Source: a virus. Taken from it: a DNA stretch of 64,000 bases. Positions 62,033 through 64,000 of this stretch are shown here, one piece after another. Each line of letters opens with the position of its first letter. The first letter of the stretch is position 1. The position numbers were made by a program, and so were the translations under genes. The notes below the pieces were generated by a model, which worked only from the letters and a program-made list of their open reading frames with translations, had not been told where the DNA came from and ran no database searches. Location of the stretch: positions 1 through 64,000 of the IMG/VR virus record IMGVR_UViG_3300036795_000211; one strand, 5' to 3'.

Positions 62033-62081
62033 CCCGGCGGGGATTCGGGATCGGAGCTGACGGGTCCCCGCCGGGCTTTTT
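62033..62081 (+). terminator. intrinsic terminator
   Basis: cccggcgggga / tccccgccggg stem followed by ttttt. Confidence 0.75.
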
Positions 62082-62096
62082 CGATCGGAGGGACGA

Positions 62097-62480
62097 ATGC
62101 GTGTTATCGGGGTTGACCCGGGGGCAGTATATACCGGTGTCGCGATACTGGACAGCGACGGCAAGTTCATCTACTGGAACGAGTCCGATGACCCGGTTGT
62201 CATCTGGGTCGCCATCGAAGAAGCTTGCCGTTACGGTGAAGGTGTCGTTGTCGTTGAGGACTTCCTCGGGTCCGGTCGCCGAAACGAATACACGCAACGG
62301 ACCACCGAAGCACTCGGGTACATCTACCACCGCTGTCGCGAGGAAGGCATTACGGTCGAACGGGTACCGCAGCAAGCTCGACTGGCCAACGTGATGAACG
62401 TCCCGAAGGAGATATCCCGCAAGGACGAGAAAGCTGCGGCGGCCCACGCACTCTCATACCGCGAAAGGAAACGGACTTGA
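62097..62480 (+). CDS. ruvC: RuvC-like Holliday junction resolvase
   Basis: VIGVDPG..TGVA...VVVEDF...DE.AA. Confidence 0.75.
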   Translation: MRVIGVDPGAVYTGVAILDSDGKFIYWNESDDPVVIWVAIEEACRYGEGVVVVEDFLGSGRRNEYTQRTTEALGYIYHRCREEGITVERVPQQARLANVMNVPKEISRKDEKAAAAHALSYRERKRT

Positions 62481-63013
62481 GTCCTAAGCGTACGGTCGAT
62501 CTTACGCATTATGCGCAGATCGCACACCGGTTGTTCTTGACGCCGGGAAAGTGCCAGCGTATCCACGGGCACTCGTTGACGATTAACCTCGAGCTGGTCG
62601 GGGAGGTGGACGGTACCGGGAAGATTGTCGGTCTCGATTTCGCCGCAATAAAGAGCGCCTTTCGGTCATTCGTGGACGCCTATCTCGATCACAGCTTGCT
62701 GCTGAATGAGATCGACCCGTTCGCTCGTCAGCTTCTTACGAACCCGCAGTATGGCGCAGAAGGCGGAACGTGGATCAGCGAAGTCGAACCCGCCGATCTT
62801 CCCGGGTTGCGAAGGTGCGCGGGAGACCCGACCACGGAGAACATAGCGATGTGGATCGCCGAATGGGCCGCGCTAACGTTCACGGTACTCGGTCTCTATA
62901 GCGTGTCCGTCCACGTTGACGAGACCGACACCAACGGTTCCGGGTACGAATGCGCCGTGGACCACCTTACCCGTAAGCGAGAGCTCACCGATGTACTCGG
63001 GAGGTGGAAGTGA
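62477..63013 (+). CDS. queD: 6-carboxy-5,6,7,8-tetrahydropterin synthase
   Basis: AHRL...C.RIHGHS...DFA..K...LDH...PTTENIA. Confidence 0.92.
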   Translation: MSPKRTVDLTHYAQIAHRLFLTPGKCQRIHGHSLTINLELVGEVDGTGKIVGLDFAAIKSAFRSFVDAYLDHSLLLNEIDPFARQLLTNPQYGAEGGTWISEVEPADLPGLRRCAGDPTTENIAMWIAEWAALTFTVLGLYSVSVHVDETDTNGSGYECAVDHLTRKRELTDVLGRWK

Positions 63014-63777
63014 TCGACTTCGAAGCGCGTCCGTCGCGTGACTGGCTGCTGGTCTCGGAGATGTTCGGTCCTACCTTTCAAGGCGAAGGGCCGTCAACCG
63101 GACAGTTGGCGATGTTCATTCGCCTCGGCGGGTGCAATCAGCACTGCGGCTTCTGTGACACGCCGCACACCTGGGTCTTCACCGATCGTCAGGTCGAACA
63201 GCATGACCTATCGCTGGTACCGTTCAGTCCGAAGGAGGAGCTAACCCGGTACACGATTCGCGATGTCGCCGCCGAGATCATCGCGTCCGGTGTCGATCTT
63301 ATCGTGATTACCGGTGGCGAGCCACTGCTGCAAGCCGAACAGGTGGCGAAGCTAATCTCAGCGGTGAACGAGGAATCGGCACACCACTTCGAAATCGAAA
63401 CGGCCGGGACGGTCTCCCCCGCGCCCCTAGTGATGTTCGAGAACGTCCGCTTCAACGTATCGCCGAAATTGGCGTCCAGCGGTAACGAGCTCGAGCTGCG
63501 CCGGAATATCCCGGTACTTTCCGAGCTGCGTGACTTCCCGGGTACCGCATTCAAGTTCGTAATGGGCTACGAATACGGTGCCGATCTGGCCGAAGTACTT
63601 GAGCTGCAGAAACTCGTCGGCTTCAATAACGATCGAGTCTGGCTGATGCCGGAGGGAATCACGGAGAAGGGTATTCTCGACGGAATGAAGCGGCTGTCCT
63701 CAGTGGCGTTGTTCAACTACTGGCATCTCTCCACCCGCATGCACGTACTCCTTTGGGGGAATGAACGTGGCCGTTAA
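63010..63777 (+). CDS. queE: 7-carboxy-7-deazaguanine synthase (radical SAM)
   Basis: TFQGEG, RLGGCNQHCGFCDT, TGGEP, VSPK. Confidence 0.93.
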   Translation: MIDFEARPSRDWLLVSEMFGPTFQGEGPSTGQLAMFIRLGGCNQHCGFCDTPHTWVFTDRQVEQHDLSLVPFSPKEELTRYTIRDVAAEIIASGVDLIVITGGEPLLQAEQVAKLISAVNEESAHHFEIETAGTVSPAPLVMFENVRFNVSPKLASSGNELELRRNIPVLSELRDFPGTAFKFVMGYEYGADLAEVLELQKLVGFNNDRVWLMPEGITEKGILDGMKRLSSVALFNYWHLSTRMHVLLWGNERGR

Positions 63778-64000
63778 TCTTCGTATGCAAGCCGCCGTTG
63801 AGATACTACTCAGCGAACTCGGGTACGACCTGTCGGATGCGCACTTCCGGCGGACCCCCGAACGCGTAGCGGAGGCACTCAACGGGTTCAGCAAGTCGCG
63901 TCACGATCGCGCGCACGACATTCTCGATGTCTCCTTCGAGGACGGGTTCTCGAGTCTGGTACTGGTCGGACCGATCGAGTACACGAGCATGTGCGCCCAT
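63767..64000 (+). CDS. folE: GTP cyclohydrolase I (5' part, truncated by window end)
   Basis: TPERVA...SMCAH. Confidence 0.9.
   Translation, partial: MAVNLRMQAAVEILLSELGYDLSDAHFRRTPERVAEALNGFSKSRHDRAHDILDVSFEDGFSSLVLVGPIEYTSMCAH

Noticed and set aside
1-64000. CRISPR array, canonical tRNA, integrase/att site, reverse transcriptase or DGR, intein, group I/II intron
   Set aside because: No repeat-spacer array, TTCGA T-loop cloverleaf, recombinase or RT motifs, or interrupted conserved genes were found by eye.

Overview
This window is a 64-kb piece of a high-GC tailed dsDNA phage genome with siphovirus-like gene order. The host is probably a non-mycolic Actinomycetota (inferred from the GH25 endolysin, no LysB in view and actinobacterial promoter types). 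The minus-strand arm (33.5 kb to 1.26 kb) runs: terminase small and large, DUF935/Mu-type portal, MuF, a ~10-kb accessory head cassette, Mu-I-type protease/scaffold, capsid cement, major capsid, neck and tail, tape measure, tail tip and lysis. The plus-strand arm (33.6 to 64 kb, plus 1 to 1.2 kb) carries SNF2 helicase, Cas4/RecB-like nuclease, primase-helicase with a likely origin, RecD/Dda helicase, Sak4-like ATPase, SSB, RuvC and the start of a 7-deazaguanine cluster (queD, queE, folE). No integrase, DNA polymerase, CRISPR array or canonical tRNA was seen. The most unusual items are: (1) the cassette between MuF and the prohead protease, whose otherwise unrelated proteins share short peptide tags (GPKGYSHGW, GHPERLKAE, H...GG[EQ]F) placed right after a recurring hydrophobic-D/E-L/F motif, suggesting a tagged virion-cargo system carrying a nuclease and a metalloprotease, with a papain-like protease gene alongside; (2) a 713-aa protein with 14 regularly spaced Arg clusters separated by Pro-rich linkers; (3) an island of three secreted ricin-type beta-trefoil proteins plus a Tad2-like protein; (4) stand-alone capsid A-domain-like mini-proteins in the early arm; (5) two perfect SigF/SigB-type promoters in front of late genes; (6) several structured intergenic RNAs, one with a tRNA-like fold ending in CCA. 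All family calls come from recognising motifs by eye; no database searches were run.
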